A program made the position numbers and the translations under genes. The notes below the pieces were generated by a model. That model saw nothing but the letters and a program-made list of their open reading frames with translations. It made no database searches and was not told the DNA's origin. Shown here in pieces: positions 46,585-60,071 of a DNA stretch of 64,000 bases. Source of the stretch: Neodothiora populina (taxonomy: Eukaryota); the NCBI RefSeq assembly GCF_041146345.1, contig NW_027191410.1:620001-684000 (forward strand), given 5' to 3'. How positions within the stretch are numbered: the stretch's first letter is position 1; each line of letters starts with the position of its first letter.

Positions 46585-49422
46585 ATGGCCACCATCACTG
46601 AGGTAGTGACTAGTATAGTCACGAAGACGGTCGCGTCCACAACTCCTACCTCTACACACAAAGCCGCTCCTCAGGGAGGTATCCTCGAGGGATCGAATCC
46701 TACCGAATATGACCCCAAGAACCCCATTATTTTGTTCATCATACAGGTTCGTAAATACGCGTTATTCTTCCAGTAGACTATGAAATATTGACGGATGTCT
46801 CTACAGGCGGGCATCATCATCATGTTTTGTCGTCTTCTGCATTGGCCTTTGTCGAAGATTCGACAACCTCGAGTCATAGCAGAGGTCATTGGAGGCGTCC
46901 TCTTAGGCCCCTCTGTGATGGGACGTATTCCTGGATTTACCAAAACCATCTTCCCTGCTGCGGCGACGCCCAATCTAAGTCTAGTCGCAAATATTGGTCT
47001 TGTGATGTTTTTGTTTATTGTCGGGGTAAGGACCAGTCTTGATTTATCGAAAAGCTCGAAATCTGACCATGTCACAGTTGGAAGTGGATCTACGACATCT
47101 CGCGAGCAATTGGAAGAAGTCGCTTAGTGTAGGAGCCGCTGGAATGGCGCTTCCGTTTGCTCTAGGCTGTGCTATTGCCTATGGCTTGTATCACGAATTC
47201 CGCGATGAACCAGGTACTGAGCCTGTCGCGTTCGGGACCTACGTCTTGTTCATCGGTGTGGCAATGGCCATTACTGCCTTTCCGGTTCTCTGCCGTATTC
47301 TGACGGAGCTGAAATTGCTGTCGACACCTGTTGGAATCATTGTTCTCTCCGCTGGTGTTTCTAATGATATCGTTGGCTGGATCCTTCTTGCACTATGTGT
47401 TGCTCTTGTCAACTCCGGTAGCGGCCTGACCGCTCTCTGGGTACTACTCACAGCCCTGGGCTATACACTTTTCTTGGTCTTTGCAGTGAAACCTGCATTC
47501 ACCTGGATTCTCCGCAGGAACCGTAGTTTCGAGAACGGGCCGAGCCAAAGTATCGTTGCATTGACGTTGATGATGGCCTTGACCTCTGCATTCTTCACTG
47601 GCGTGATAGGCATACACCCTATCTTTGGCGCCTTTATGGCTGGACTTATCTGTCCTCACGAGGGAGGTTTTGCGATCAAAGTCACAGAGAAGATCGAGGA
47701 TCTTATCAGCGCCCTCTTTCTGCCACTGTACTTTGCCCTTTCTGGGCTGTCTACCAACCTGGGACTTCTGGACGATGGCATCACATGGGCGTATGTGATC
47801 GGAGTCATTGCTGTTGCTTTCTTCGGAAAGTTCGTTGCTGCAGCACTCGCGGCTAGGCTGAATGGCATGGTTTGGAGGGAAAGCTTTGCAATTGGAGCTC
47901 TGATGAGTTGCAAAGGCTTGGTGGAGCTGATTGTGCTTGTGAGTCGAGTCACGGTCTTTTCACTAGAACTGTGCTAACAAACTGGTAGAACATTGGACTG
48001 CAAGCGAGGATATTGAGTCAACGTACCTTTACCATCTTCGTAGTCATGGCGTTAGTCACGACATTCGCAACAACGCCCTTGACAATTGCTCTGTACCCAC
48101 CATGGTATCAACAGAAGCTCGATAAGTGGAAGCAGGGCTTGATTGATTGGGACACTGGTCTCCCACTCACGGACCCCTTCGGAGACGACTCCTCAGTCAT
48201 GACTGCGAAGGTCAGCAGCGAGAAGGTCAAAGACCTGCTTGTGTACCTCAGGTTGGACCACATGCCTGCGCTGCTGACCTTTGTCTCTTTACTGGGTGGT
48301 CGCACCGACGAAACCAGACTACACCCGACCCACGTCAAAGATGCAGAAGCCAGAGGCCAAGCAGTCAAGCCTAGCACCCTACGACGACCAATTGGAGTGC
48401 ACGGTGTAAGGATGATGGAACTGACAGACAGAGATTCTTCGGTGATGAAAGTGTCTGAAGTCGACGAGTACAGCTACAGAGATCCCATTATCAACACCTT
48501 CCGAAACTTTGGGCGTCTATACAATCTCGAAGTGTCGGGAGAAATCGTGGTAGCGCCCGAGACATCGTTCGCGGAGATGCTAAGTCGCCAAGCTTCACAG
48601 GATAGTCCAGATCTACTACTACTTCCATGGAACTCAGAAATTGGTAGCGTGAGTGAGCGCCAGCCATTTCTTGACGGTGCGCAGACGAAGGGCGATGGTA
48701 CAAGCTACACAGGATTTGTGTACGATGTGCTGAACGCACCAACCTGCAACATTGCCGTCCTTGTCAATCAAGGTTTCGGCGGTAGCGCGCCTCTGCTGAG
48801 ACCAGGTCCTCTTCGCAGGGCGACGAGTACCGTTAGCATGCGAAGTCATCGCGAGAGGGTTATGCCAGTGATAGATCGCAGTCATCACATCTTCATACCA
48901 TTCTTCGGTGGTGCAGATGGACGTGTGGCACTCCGCCTCGTGCTACAGCTTGCCGAGAACCCGGATGTCACCGCGACTGTTGTACACTTTACGACACTCG
49001 ACACGTCAAGGTCCGAGTCGGACTCAGACCAGGTTACTGGACATGAGGTCGCCGAACCAAACTCTGGTCACAAATCCAAATCGGGACCTGTAGTACACAG
49101 TTCAACTGAGCTTCGTGACAGGGACACAAGTCTGTTTAATGCACTACAGCGATCTCTGACGAGTGACTTCACATCTCGGGTGGTATTCGAAAGTGTGCAG
49201 ACTGCAACACCGGTAGATGAGGCGATTAGACGTGCCGAGGTGGAAGTCTCCCAGAATCCCAGAAACGCAGGAGATCTCATCGTAGTTGGCAGGCACACAG
49301 GATCGAGATGGACGAAAGCTGCAACCAGTGGTCCTCTTGGTAGCGCAGCAGATGTCTTGCTCGAACGCGGACTCCGAGCAAGTCTGCTCGTTGTTCAGGC
49401 ATACGGTCACGGTGACGAGTAG
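46585..49422 (+). CDS. KHA1: K+/H+ antiporter (CPA2 family), 4 exons
   Basis: IRQPRVIAEVIGGVLLGPS, MAITAFPVLCRIL, SNDIVGWILLAL, IHPIFGAF, LMSCKGLVELIVL|NIG, HHIFIPFFGGADG. Confidence 0.93.
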
Positions 49423-50850
49423 ATAATGACGTTGGTGATGAGATTGATGATATTCCTTAGCATTGCATCACGCTGAATGAGATTACACGACTGGCTTATT
49501 TGTTTTGCACAGTAGACTGACTCGATGGATCTGATAAGTGCAGTGCTATGATATCGTTACACAGTTGACAACCAAAATGGCTTCAGTGCTAGTTGGAAGA
49601 TGTGCTGTAGGCCTGCATTGTGCGTTCCGACCCTGCATGAGCTACCACTGACACCACAAACACACATCTATAGGTCATGTACGAGGGTCGACAAGGATTC
49701 CTACCCGGCAGGTTTAGGTGAACGCATGATCTTGGGCACAAATAAAGACGACGTGGCGCGTAGCAGCAATGCGACGGAACATGACTCCGCCATAGCTGCT
49801 AGCTGGATAAAAGTAACGATGATACTGTATATTTGTATCGCAATAGACTGGCTGTCTCAGCTTGAGACCTTGATCGCGTGGACGTTAGAGCCCGGCGATG
49901 TGGTAGAGCAGTGGGGTTGTGACTCCATATTGGTGCTGATGGAGTATGACATGGATTCCAGTGCATACGCCGAATGCGGACACTCCAGCAAGAAATGCCC
50001 AATAGCCGGCTCTGTGTACCCTCTCAACTGATGGATGGAGTAATTACCTTACTTGTATCTCGAGAACAGCGGGTGTGGATCATGACGTTGACTGCACGAC
50101 TGGAGGCACCAACACAGCACGGACACGCATAACAGCTCCATCAGATGCAACGAAGAGATCTCGATCAGTGCTTTGTTAGGCGACAGTAGGCCCCCCTTAT
50201 CTACGGCGTTCCGTCACATGCGTGTTCGGACTGGTCGGAGATTGTCATGACTCCCTATCCATCTGATCTGTTTTGCACTGTGCCTGGCCTGGAGAGGATA
50301 TGTACCTGACTGTGACAGTGTCCAGCCCCCTTATAGATAGTATGCTCGGGTAGGAAGTCGCAAGTGTACCTCCGTACAACACAGGTACACGTTGGAGAGT
50401 TGGAGAATTGGAGCGTGATACCTCGAGAAGTGGGTAAATAAGGTTAGGATTGGCTGGGGAAAGAAACCAGATAAGTGTCACATGCGCCATGCGGTAAATA
50501 CGGTTTTGCTCGAATCTTGGCTCTTTTCTGGAGGGGGAGAAAGTCAGGTTTCCACGGAGCATAAAGAACGATATCTTGCATGTTTGAGTAAGATTCATAA
50601 TAAAGAGCGAATGATGCAGTAATCCGGGTGTCACTTTCCATCTGTTGGCAGCATTTCCACCCGCGTTTCCAACTTTCTGTTTCCCTACATATTAAAACCC
50701 GAACCCGCGCTTTCGACTCCTGCCTTTGACCTGCGTTCAATAAATAATATGGCGTGTTGATCTTGCATACCGCTACCGCATCCGCCGGCCGACAGCGCCC
50801 GCAACGAGAGTTCCATTTTTAGGAATCCTCGATGGCTGCTCCCACAGCCG

Positions 50851-53477
50851 ATGGACTTTCTTCTCCGTGATGTATACTTGCCCGGCCTCGCTCATGAAGG
50901 GAGGTTGAATGACAACTCGACATTGTCAGCATCGTCGTCGTCGACAGTCGCAACGAGGCCGAGTCACAACAGTCATGGTTCCAACAACACCACCAGCAAT
51001 TCAACTATTCTTCCTCAGCCGGCGTCATTGTTAAAGCTTCTCCGCGGTCCTCAGACAAGCAGAAACAGCGCGGCTGGCGCATCACAGCCCCAGGGAACAC
51101 GGGCGTCAACTGCCATAGGCTCCGGTTCATGGCTAGGATCAGAGAGGCTCGACGCATCTGCTATCGACGGTCCAGGCACGGACAATGAGTGGCAGAAGCA
51201 GGTCCTGCGCCTGAAGGTGCAACAGGTAGGCAATGCGTCATCCGATGTTCAACAACCCACACGGCTGCTGTCTTGCAAGCATTTCAGTCCTCAGGACAGT
51301 CTAGCTAATGTTCATCTCCTTCGCAGGCTAAATGCTATGCCGACTGGCTAGCTGCATCCTCGGAATTAGACGTTCTCGAGAACAACAACGCCTGGAAGAA
51401 CGAGGAAGAGAGCACCGAGTACAATGCTCCTCTCGTCCGAGCCCGCATGGAGCAACTCGAAGAAGCCAGGATCAACTGCGATGCCTCTCGAATGTTGTTC
51501 CTCGTGCGCACGACCTTGACAAGGAACTTGGGTGGGATGGGAGACATCTGCCTCTACAAGCACTCTCGAGTCGGCACCAAAGCTCGCATAGAAGCCTACA
51601 TCGAAGCTGCGCTTGACACTCTCGAGGCTGTTGTCGACCTATCGTCACCTTCGAAGACACGCCCGTCTCTCGACACCCGCGATGTCTACGAGCAGCTCTT
51701 ACGAACCCGCCAAGCCTTTGGCAGAAGTGCACTCTTGCTGTCAGGAGGAGGTACTCTGGGTATGAATCATATTGGCGTTGCAAAGAGTCTCTTCGAGGCG
51801 CAATTGCTACCACGCATTGTATCCGGCGCATCCGCAGGGAGCATTGTGGCCGCTGTCCTATGCACTCGCACAGATGATGAGATACCTCAGTTGTTGCGAG
51901 ACTTTTGCTATGGTGACCTGGATGTCTTTGAAAAGGACGGCGAGGACGAAGGCGTCTGGAAGAAGGCATTTCGTTTCCTCACCGATGGCGCTCTGTTCGA
52001 CATCTCCAATCTTATTCGCGTCATGAGAGATCTTCTTGGTGATTTGACTTTCCAGGAAGCCTACAATCGCACTCGGAGGATTCTCAACATCTGCGTCTCC
52101 ACCGCCAGCCTCTACGAACTGCCTCGCTTACTCAACTATGTCACTGCACCCAACGTCATGATCTGGTCTGCTGTCGCCACCTCATGTTCTGTGCCTTTTA
52201 TCTTCTCTCCAGCGCAACTACTCGCCAAGGATCCGAGGACGGGGGAAGAGGTTCCCTGGGATCATTCGCCCCAGAGGTGGATTGATGGCTCTGTCGACAA
52301 CGATCTTCCTATGACTCGTTTGGCGGAGATGTTCAATGTGAATCACTTCATAGTCTCCCAGGTCAACCCGCACGTTGTCCCTTTTCTCGACAAGGATGAC
52401 ACTTTTCCAACTTCTGCGCCCGATCGTGTGGTGAAACCTCTAGCTCCAAGCTCCACTTGGTTGCGTACTTTGGCCGAGTTGGCCAAAGGCGAGGCTCTGC
52501 ACCGCATGCAAGTTTTGGCCGAGCTAGGCGTTATGCCTACGACAATGTCCAAGGTCAGGTCGGTGCTTAGCCAGCGCTATTCCGGAGACATCACAATCCT
52601 TCCCGAAGTCTCATACGCACAATTTCCGAAAGTGCTTCGCAATCCGACCACTGACTTTATGATTGGAGCTATGCTCAGCGGCGAGCGGGCCACATGGCCG
52701 AAACTCAGTCAAGTTCGGAACCATTGCGCAATCGAGCTTGCCTTGGATGGTGCGGTCCAGCGCGTCCGCACCCGGCTCGTCTTCTCGCCCAGTCAGATCG
52801 ACCTTCGACTGAGTGCATTCGCCAGGTCTGATGTCCCCAACCTGTCCGGTCCGGGGAAGAGAAGGCAGAAGAAGAGACGTGCGAGCCATGACAGTAGTCC
52901 TCCCCCAGATCCGCGGTTGTTTCTCACTGTACCTCGGGGCTCTCGCCCTTACAGCGCATCTATGCATGATCGATTCGCCATAAAACTTGCCGGATCCGAG
53001 GCTGGCTCTGCCTCGTCAGGTATCGAGACCGGGCCATCGTCCACTGCAGACGATGTCGAATATTCTGAGGATATTCCTTCGAGTTCAAGTCTCGATTCGC
53101 CGCCGTCACCCAGACCCCAGATCACCTTATGGCCAACATCACGCCTGCTGTTTCCTTCTGTATCGCAGCCTAGCACGCCTAGCGCCGCCCCTAGGGGCTT
53201 TTCACACTTTACGTCATTGTCACCTCAGGCTCCGGCATCTTCGACGGCATCATCCACGACGTCCCAGACAGGTCCCAGCGAGCCAGAGAAGAAATACAAG
53301 CAGATGTTTCATAGATCCAGGCTAGGAGAGTCGCCAACGATCCGGCCCGAGCTTGTCGACGCTACAGCCGAGTCTGCTGCTTTTGACGAGGACATTTCAG
53401 GGACTCGAGGCATGGTACATCGGAAGAGGAGCCTGAGTACAGGCTTGAAGGGTATCTGGCCCCCCAAAGCGCGTTGA
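50851..53477 (+). CDS. TGL4: Patatin-like triacylglycerol lipase (Tgl4/Tgl5 family), 2 exons; start uncertain
   Basis: GRSALLLSGGGTLG, nucleophile GASAG, WIDGSVDNDLP, FNVNHFIVSQVNPH, GERATWPK; intron ~51226-51326. Confidence 0.88.
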
Positions 53478-53665
53478 ATTATTTATTCTCATTGATCATT
53501 GAGAGCGGCTCTTTTCGTTTCATACAATATACCCCCTTACCAAGCATACCAACTTTAGAAAATACAAGCAAACGAGCCCCTACCACCAACCCTGAATTTG
53601 AGACTCCGATCACACTGCACTATGATTCCATGACCAGAAATAAAGAAGAGTCACACACTACACCT

Positions 53666-54064
53666 CTAACTCGTTCCCCACCCCTCCAAATTCTGCACAA
53701 CAGGCCCACTTCCCACCGCCCTCGTAATGACCCACTTGACCTCCTCATCCCCATCATTGACCTCGCGATGCTCCGTCCACGCCGGAATCAAGGCAAAGTC
53801 TCCAGGCTTCACCTCCTGCCTCTTTTTGCCCTCCTCACTCACAATCGCCCCTCCGCGTCCGCTGACGGCATACACGACCGTGTCCTGCGGCCCGTGGTGA
53901 TGCACGTCGGATGCGGAGTGCGGCGCCGCGAGCATCACTGATGCGCAGAGATTGGACGACAGGCCGGTGATGGCGTTTTGGCGTGCCATGCCGTTTGTCT
54001 GGCCGCCGGAGGTGCGCAGGGTCGAGGAGGGGACTACGTGGACTTTTCGTTGCCCTTGAGACAT
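53666..54064 (-). CDS. RmlC-like cupin domain protein (132 aa)
   Basis: GQTNGMARQNAI, SASDVHHHGPQDTVVY, PGDFALIPAWTEHREVN cupin motifs. Confidence 0.85.
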   Translation of the reverse strand: MSQGQRKVHVVPSSTLRTSGGQTNGMARQNAITGLSSNLCASVMLAAPHSASDVHHHGPQDTVVYAVSGRGGAIVSEEGKKRQEVKPGDFALIPAWTEHREVNDGDEEVKWVITRAVGSGPVVQNLEGWGTS

Positions 54065-54688
54065 CGCGTTTCTTCGATGGCTGATTGGGGGGTCTAGAGT
54101 GTAGAGGAGTGTGATGGTTTGAAGGCAGATAGATGCTTTAGGTGTGTTTGAGTGGAGTGTTCTAGGTCATGATACAGAAGAGGAAGCTTTGTTGTTGTAG
54201 GGTTTCTTGTCACTTGCCTCTGCGAATGTTTACTGTTGTGAACACTTACCTTACTTGATCTGGAGAATGATCTGTGGGAAGAGGGAGCTCGAGGTCATCC
54301 CGCGGGACCGCTTTTTCGCAAAGTCGGTGTTGGCGTAACCTTGAAGCAAGGTACCTACTCGTCTGAAGATTCGGGAGTCCTCTTATTCATGTCTGGCATC
54401 CTCTAGACTGAGGACGGTTCACAGAAGAGATACAGTAGGGGTTCGGGTTTCCTTTATATACCATTTCAGAGAGGTCCCTTGCATAGGTCCTAGTTGTATG
54501 CTGCAAGAATAAAGTCAGTGACATGACAGAAGACTCACACATGCACGTCGGCGCGGTCACCCGGAGCCCCGGCTACAAGGCGTCGAGTCGTTTGGATGTG
54601 GAGAAATGGCCGGGGACGACACGTTCAAGGTTTCCAAGCACTCCGGGGGAGACAAATTACAGATACAGTACCTTACCTTGGCTGGCGA

Positions 54689-54736
54689 CCTCGGCATCTT
54701 TGTCTCCATGCTGACCTCCCCCCTCGTGTGCCTCGG
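54689..54736 (+). promoter_or_regulatory. Two CCTCGG FarA/FarB-type sites upstream of the acyl-CoA dehydrogenase
   Basis: CCTCGG at 54689-54694 and 54731-54736, ~370-410 bp before ATG 55103. Confidence 0.5.
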
Positions 54737-55102
54737 TTCACATGTCAGATGATTACGCCGTCCATGATTGCTTCGGTCTTCCAAGTGTGAGAGCCGTCCA
54801 TTCCCAACATGAAAGGAACCCCCCTCTCACCCCTCCCCCTTGGTAGCCACGATATACTGTAGACTGTTCAATGCTTCGATCACTTCACTAAGAGCGGACT
54901 TTCAAAAGTATGTTTCTGGCCTGAACATGGAACGGGGTATAAGAAAGCTGACATGTGACTGTAGCCAGGAACGCTTTTATAACTTACACTTATACATCTT
55001 CTTTCCTTCTCTCTGGCCTTTCTCTTGTTCTCCTTTGATTGTTTCTCTATCCGCGTAAGATAAAATATCACAAATAATCAGAAAGATCCTCGCACCGCCA
55101 CC

Positions 55103-57007
55103 ATGTCTGGTTCGTATTCCAAGGGAGACGTCTCATCACACAACAAGACCGATTCGTTATGGATCATCGTCGATGAGGACGTCTACGATTTGACCAAGTT
55201 CCAGGATGAGCATCCCGGAGGCAAGAAAAGTGAGTTTTAATCTGTACATTGTCAAGTGAAGAATCATACTGATATTAGCTTCTCAGTTCTGCAGCGAGTC
55301 GCTGGCAAGGACGCCGGTAAACAGTTCTGGAAGTACCACAACGAGGGCATCCTCAAGAAATACAAGGGTCAACTCCAGGTCGGCTCTCTAGACTCGAAGA
55401 AGGCCGCAGTAGTCGCTCCTCCGACGCCACCTGCCACTCCTCCACCAGCTGCCAAGAAAGAGAAGGAAGTCGTCAAGCCCTCCGCCGAATCCGGTACCGT
55501 TGCTCCTATGCCAGGTCCCGCAGCACAGGAAGAGGCCGAGCCCATGGACACATTTGGAGATATGATCCCCGGTGCCGACCCGAACTGGTATCAGTCGGTA
55601 AGTTGAGGTTGTGCGATTCTTTCTTACCATTCGTCTAACGAGTCGCGCTTCAAAGTATCACACACCCTACTACAACCAGTCACACGCAGACCTTCGCGCC
55701 GAGGTCCGACAGTGGATGGAAGACGAGATCATGCCAAACGTCACCGAGTGGGACGAGGCGAAGAAGGTCCCCGACGACATCTACAAGCAAATGGGCGAGA
55801 AAGGCTACCTCGCTGGCTTGCTGGGTGTGCCATACTCGAAGACAAAGCATCTGACCAAGAATCGTGTAAAGAGCGTGGAGCCAGAGAAGTGGGACTTGTT
55901 CCACGAGATGCTGTTGACAGACGAGCTCTCCCGCTCAGGCAGCGGTGGCTTCGTGTGGAACTTGATCGGTGGCTTCGGTATCGGTGCCCCTCCTGTCATC
56001 AAGCACGGCAAGAAGGCTCTGGTCGACAGGATTATGCCCGACGTTGTCAATGGCGACAAGCGCATTTGTCTGGCTATCACTGAGCCAGATGCCGGTTCCG
56101 ATGTGGCCAACTTGACTTGCGAGGCGAAGCTCAGCGAGGACGGAAAGCACTACATTGTCAATGGTTAGAAGGCCCTATGGGGTTCCACGGAAACAGTACC
56201 ATTGCTGACCTTGAGCAGGCGAGAAGAAGTGGATCACCAACGGCATCTACTGCGAATACTTCACCACCGCAGTCCGAACCGGCGGCGAGGGCATGAACGG
56301 TGTGAGTGTACTCCTGATCGAGCGTAGCTTTGGCGGTGTCTCCACGAGACGGATGGACTGCCAAGGTGTCTGGTCGAGCGGAACCACCTATGTCACCTTT
56401 GAGGACGTCAAGGTTCCTGTCGAGAACCTGATCGGAAAGGAGAACCAAGGATTCAAGGTCATCATGACCAACTTCAAGTGAGTGAAGCCCTGTCAAGTTT
56501 CATGGATGCACAGACATACTGACAATGATTAGCCACGAGCGCATCGGCATCATAATCCAATGTCTTCGCTTCTCTCGTGTCTGCTACGAGGAGTCGATGA
56601 AGTACGCCCACAAGAGACGCACGTTCGGCAAGAAGCTCATCGAGCACCCGGTCATCCGCTTAAAGCTTGCACACATGCTTCGACAGATCGAGGCCTCATA
56701 CGCATGGCTAGAGAACATGATCTACCAGTGTCAGAAGATGAACGACGTCGAGGCCATGCTGAAGCTCGGAGGTGCCATTGCTGGTCTCAAGGCACAAGCG
56801 ACTGTGACTTTCGAGTTCTGCGCCAGAGAAGCGAGTCAGATCTTTGGTGGTCTGAGTTACAGCAGAGGTGGCCAGGGTGCCAAGGTCGAGAGATTGTACA
56901 GAGATGTCAGGGCCTATGCCATTCCTGGTGGTAGTGAGGAGATTATGCTTGATCTAAGCATCAGGCAGTCCTTGAGGGTGCATAAGGCACTGGGTATGAA
57001 GCTGTAA
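55103..57007 (+). CDS. Acyl-CoA dehydrogenase with N-terminal cytochrome b5-like domain, 5 exons
   Basis: WIIVDEDVYDLTKFQDEHPGGKK, AGKDAGKQFWKYH; CLAITEPDAGSDVA, NG|EKKWITNG, NF|HER, RRTFGKKL, QIFGG, AIPGGSEEIM. Confidence 0.93.
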
Positions 57008-58407
57008 GAACTGCTCGGCGACGAGGTAGATGCATATAGTGTCTAGCTATTACTTTTTACGACATCGAGAATGAGTAACATGACGAAAGAATTGTCAACA
57101 ACAAGACTTTGGTTGGTATTCTTATTACTGATCGTTTGTCACAAGCATGCCTGTCCTCATAAATGCGCTCGGCCGGTCAGATATGTATGTCTCGAACGCC
57201 TCCAGTCTTGGCCGACTGAAACAGGCGATAAGAATACTAGTACTGCTTTACGGTAATGCACAAAGTGCTCATCTGATGCGCACTCCGCAGAGGTCAATAT
57301 CCTCATACTATCACATGACGCAAGCAACCAGATGCCATGCTGTACATGAAAACTCCCCAAGAACACTCAATTATGCATCTCTAGTAATCTGTTCCCTGGA
57401 CACTCTTGATCGGTGGGGATCTACAAAACCAACAAAATGTTTGCTACCCAGTTTCCACTATGCAGTGTTGACTCAAACAGTCGATTGATCGACCCAGAGA
57501 TTTGGAAGCGAGGAACACAGCGCAAGTCTTAGTTCCGGGTCCTGTCAGCCTCGCATCCCCCCGAGACCGAAAACGGCTGTCTTTCTTCTATCCACTGCAA
57601 GCATGACAGAAACCAAAGACTATTAAGAAGAGGCAGGCTCGCTAGTACCATGCATGAAGCGAGACTAGACTTCTCGAAAGAGGAGACGTGGACGAGAGAC
57701 ATGCTGCTAGAAGGGGCAGGGTTCGTGCATGCAAAGGCTCGGCCGTTGGGTAGGTGAGTCTGTTTGCGTATGTCGTCGTCGTCGGTCCACGTCGCTGAGA
57801 TGCATGTATGCATGCATGCATGCGCTCGATCTCTCTCGTGCGACAATATATGCTCTCCGCGTTCCGGACATTTCGAATGCACTGTTTGCCATGTGCTGTA
57901 TTGTGCCGCTGACTGCCTTTTCTCTCTTCATGCAGAGGCACAATGTTTGGCGCGATGGGCGTCTAGAAAATCAAGAAGAGAGCCCTTTGTAGGTCTGACT
58001 GCTGCTGATCATGACATCTGGTTGCCGAACGGAGGTAAGTGGACCATGTTTTGGTGAATGGTGATGTAGGTACAATATGTAGGAACGCGGCAGCAAAAGT
58101 CATGCTCTGCGTGCCTACTACTGTGCCTTTCTCGTGCCCATCAAACCCGGCGCAGACATGCAGTAGTTGGTTTCAAACCATCCGCTTTTCTCTCCCTTTT
58201 CTTTTCTTCTCTATTGCCTCCTCTTTTGCCGTCTCTGCTTTTTCTTCTTATTGTCGTGCTGTATTGCTATGGGTGTGCAGACGCTGCTGTCGAGAAGTGT
58301 TGCATCCAATTGACCTGTGCTATCTCACCTTATCGGAAAGAAAGCATTTGCCACTCTGCCATCTCACTTCATGCGCATCCTGACAAAACACATCCTCCGA
58401 AAACACA

Positions 58408-59609
58408 ATGCAACAAATCCAATTCGGAGACGGGCCCTCTCCGCAATCATCGCGGCCGACTTCTGCATACATCGCACCATCGCGAGTATCGAGCCTCTAC
58501 CAATACCACAACGCCCCGGAAGTCGCACCAGGCCATGGACTGGAATACGACGACACGAGCTACCTCTCATCAGACAAATACACCGTCTCATATGGTGACC
58601 GGTCCCGCCCTCCTTCTTCTTCGTATCGACCGGGGTATGACAACAGCAACGTCAAGTCGCCGCTCATAATCTTCGGCATGAAGATCCGCACATTTGTTAT
58701 TGTTGCTGTCGTCATGGTGTTGATTATCGTAGGGGCATCCGTGGGAGGGGCGGTGGGAGGACGGGATATGCATGGGGGGAATATCAAGGGCCAGTTGGGT
58801 GATGGGGCTTCGCCGTAAGTTGCACTAGTCATTCCTCTTGTCCACAGTGGTGGGATTACATAGGTGAAGATGCTCGTGAGGTCAGAGCACTGATGACTAC
58901 CAGTAACGCAGCCTACACGCCCTCTGCGCCCTCACAGACAAGCCAGGCGGCGGCGGCGGCGGCGGCTGCGGCAGCAACGCCATCAGACTACTGCCCCTCG
59001 TCGAACGGCACTCTCTACACGAGCACGACCGCTGACTCTTCGTCTTCGTTTACTACGTACTGCGGATTCCTCTCGCCCTTGTCAGGCTCATCTGGATCGT
59101 CTTCGTCATCATCATCATCATCATCATCAACCGCCAAAACAAGTACAAGCATGAAGGTGAACACGACGACGATAGCCCAAGCGTTCGTCTCAACTCTAAA
59201 CGACTGCATCGACATTTGCGCCGCGATGAACTATTATGCCAGCAGCAGCAGCAAAAGGTCAAATTCCAGATCCTGCTCGATAGCAGTCTTTGATCCATCT
59301 GCTACTCGCCCGATATCAGGACCAGGATCAGAACCAAAAACAACGGCTGAAGCAGCAGTAGTAAACTGCTGGATCGGTTCCGCAGACGACGATGTATCTG
59401 GCGATGACGGTCAAGATGATGATGATTATGATGATGATGATGATGATGAAGATGAAGGTGATGCTGCGCGGAAGAGTCACTTGTTGTCACTTTTACGTCC
59501 TGATGTGGCTGATGGCGGTGTCGGTGACGGTGCTGCAGATGGCTCGTCAGGACTAGTCATTGCGCTTCTGTCCTCATCGTTGTCGTCGTCGTCGAATAGT
59601 GCTACTTGA
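58408..59609 (+). CDS. Hypothetical single-pass membrane protein with Cys-containing (PAN/apple-like) C-terminal region and low-complexity runs, 2 exons
   Basis: TM segment TFVIVAVVMVLIIVGASVGGAVGG; intron 58815-58903 keeps frame into ORF 58893..59609; YCPSSNG, TYCG, DCIDICA, SCS, NCW. Confidence 0.7.
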
Positions 59610-60071
59610 GATCGCGCTCCACTACGTTGTCATGGGTGCAACGAGGGTGTGGACCAGCGAGGAATGGTCAGTCTTTTCTTCTTCCCGTTGAACAGAGTGT
59701 GAGATGCGCGTTAGTCACAATTAGAGACAAGTGTGTAGATTGGGATTTTTATCTTTTGCTTTTCTTATTTTCGCGTTGGTACATATTTAGGAGCCTGGTA
59801 CAAGCAAGCATATCTAGGAGGAGTTTCGTTTATGCGTGTTTGGCGTTGGTTGCGTTTCGCTTGGTTGCGGTGGATTCGTCGTGATCTTGGCTGGGGTCTC
59901 GATGCATAGAGTGGGACTCGGTACATTGATGTGGGTGATGGGTTTTGCCAAGGGGGAGGGCCGGCTATATCTAGATGGGTATAATACAATACAATAGTCA
60001 TAGTCTACAATTCGTCGTTCACGCCCACGTATCTCTTGTCCTTTCTTTTCGCTTCGAGTAACACGCTATGC

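Noticed and set aside
49600..50740. Short ORFs between KHA1 and TGL4
   Set aside because: No motifs, codon bias or coherent splice pattern; probably intergenic/UTR.
904..57007. Apparent lipid/gluconeogenesis theme (FAT1, SDR, PCK1, TGL4, acyl-CoA dehydrogenase)
   Set aside because: Genes are dispersed among unrelated housekeeping genes; no backbone enzyme or cluster organisation.
57800..57825. TGCA/ATGC palindromic run; also (CCTTA)n ~29843-29862, (GTT)n ~30728-30750 and poly-Asp/Ser/Ala triplet runs at 35205-35250 and 58946-59450
   Set aside because: Ordinary simple-sequence repeats with no further structure.
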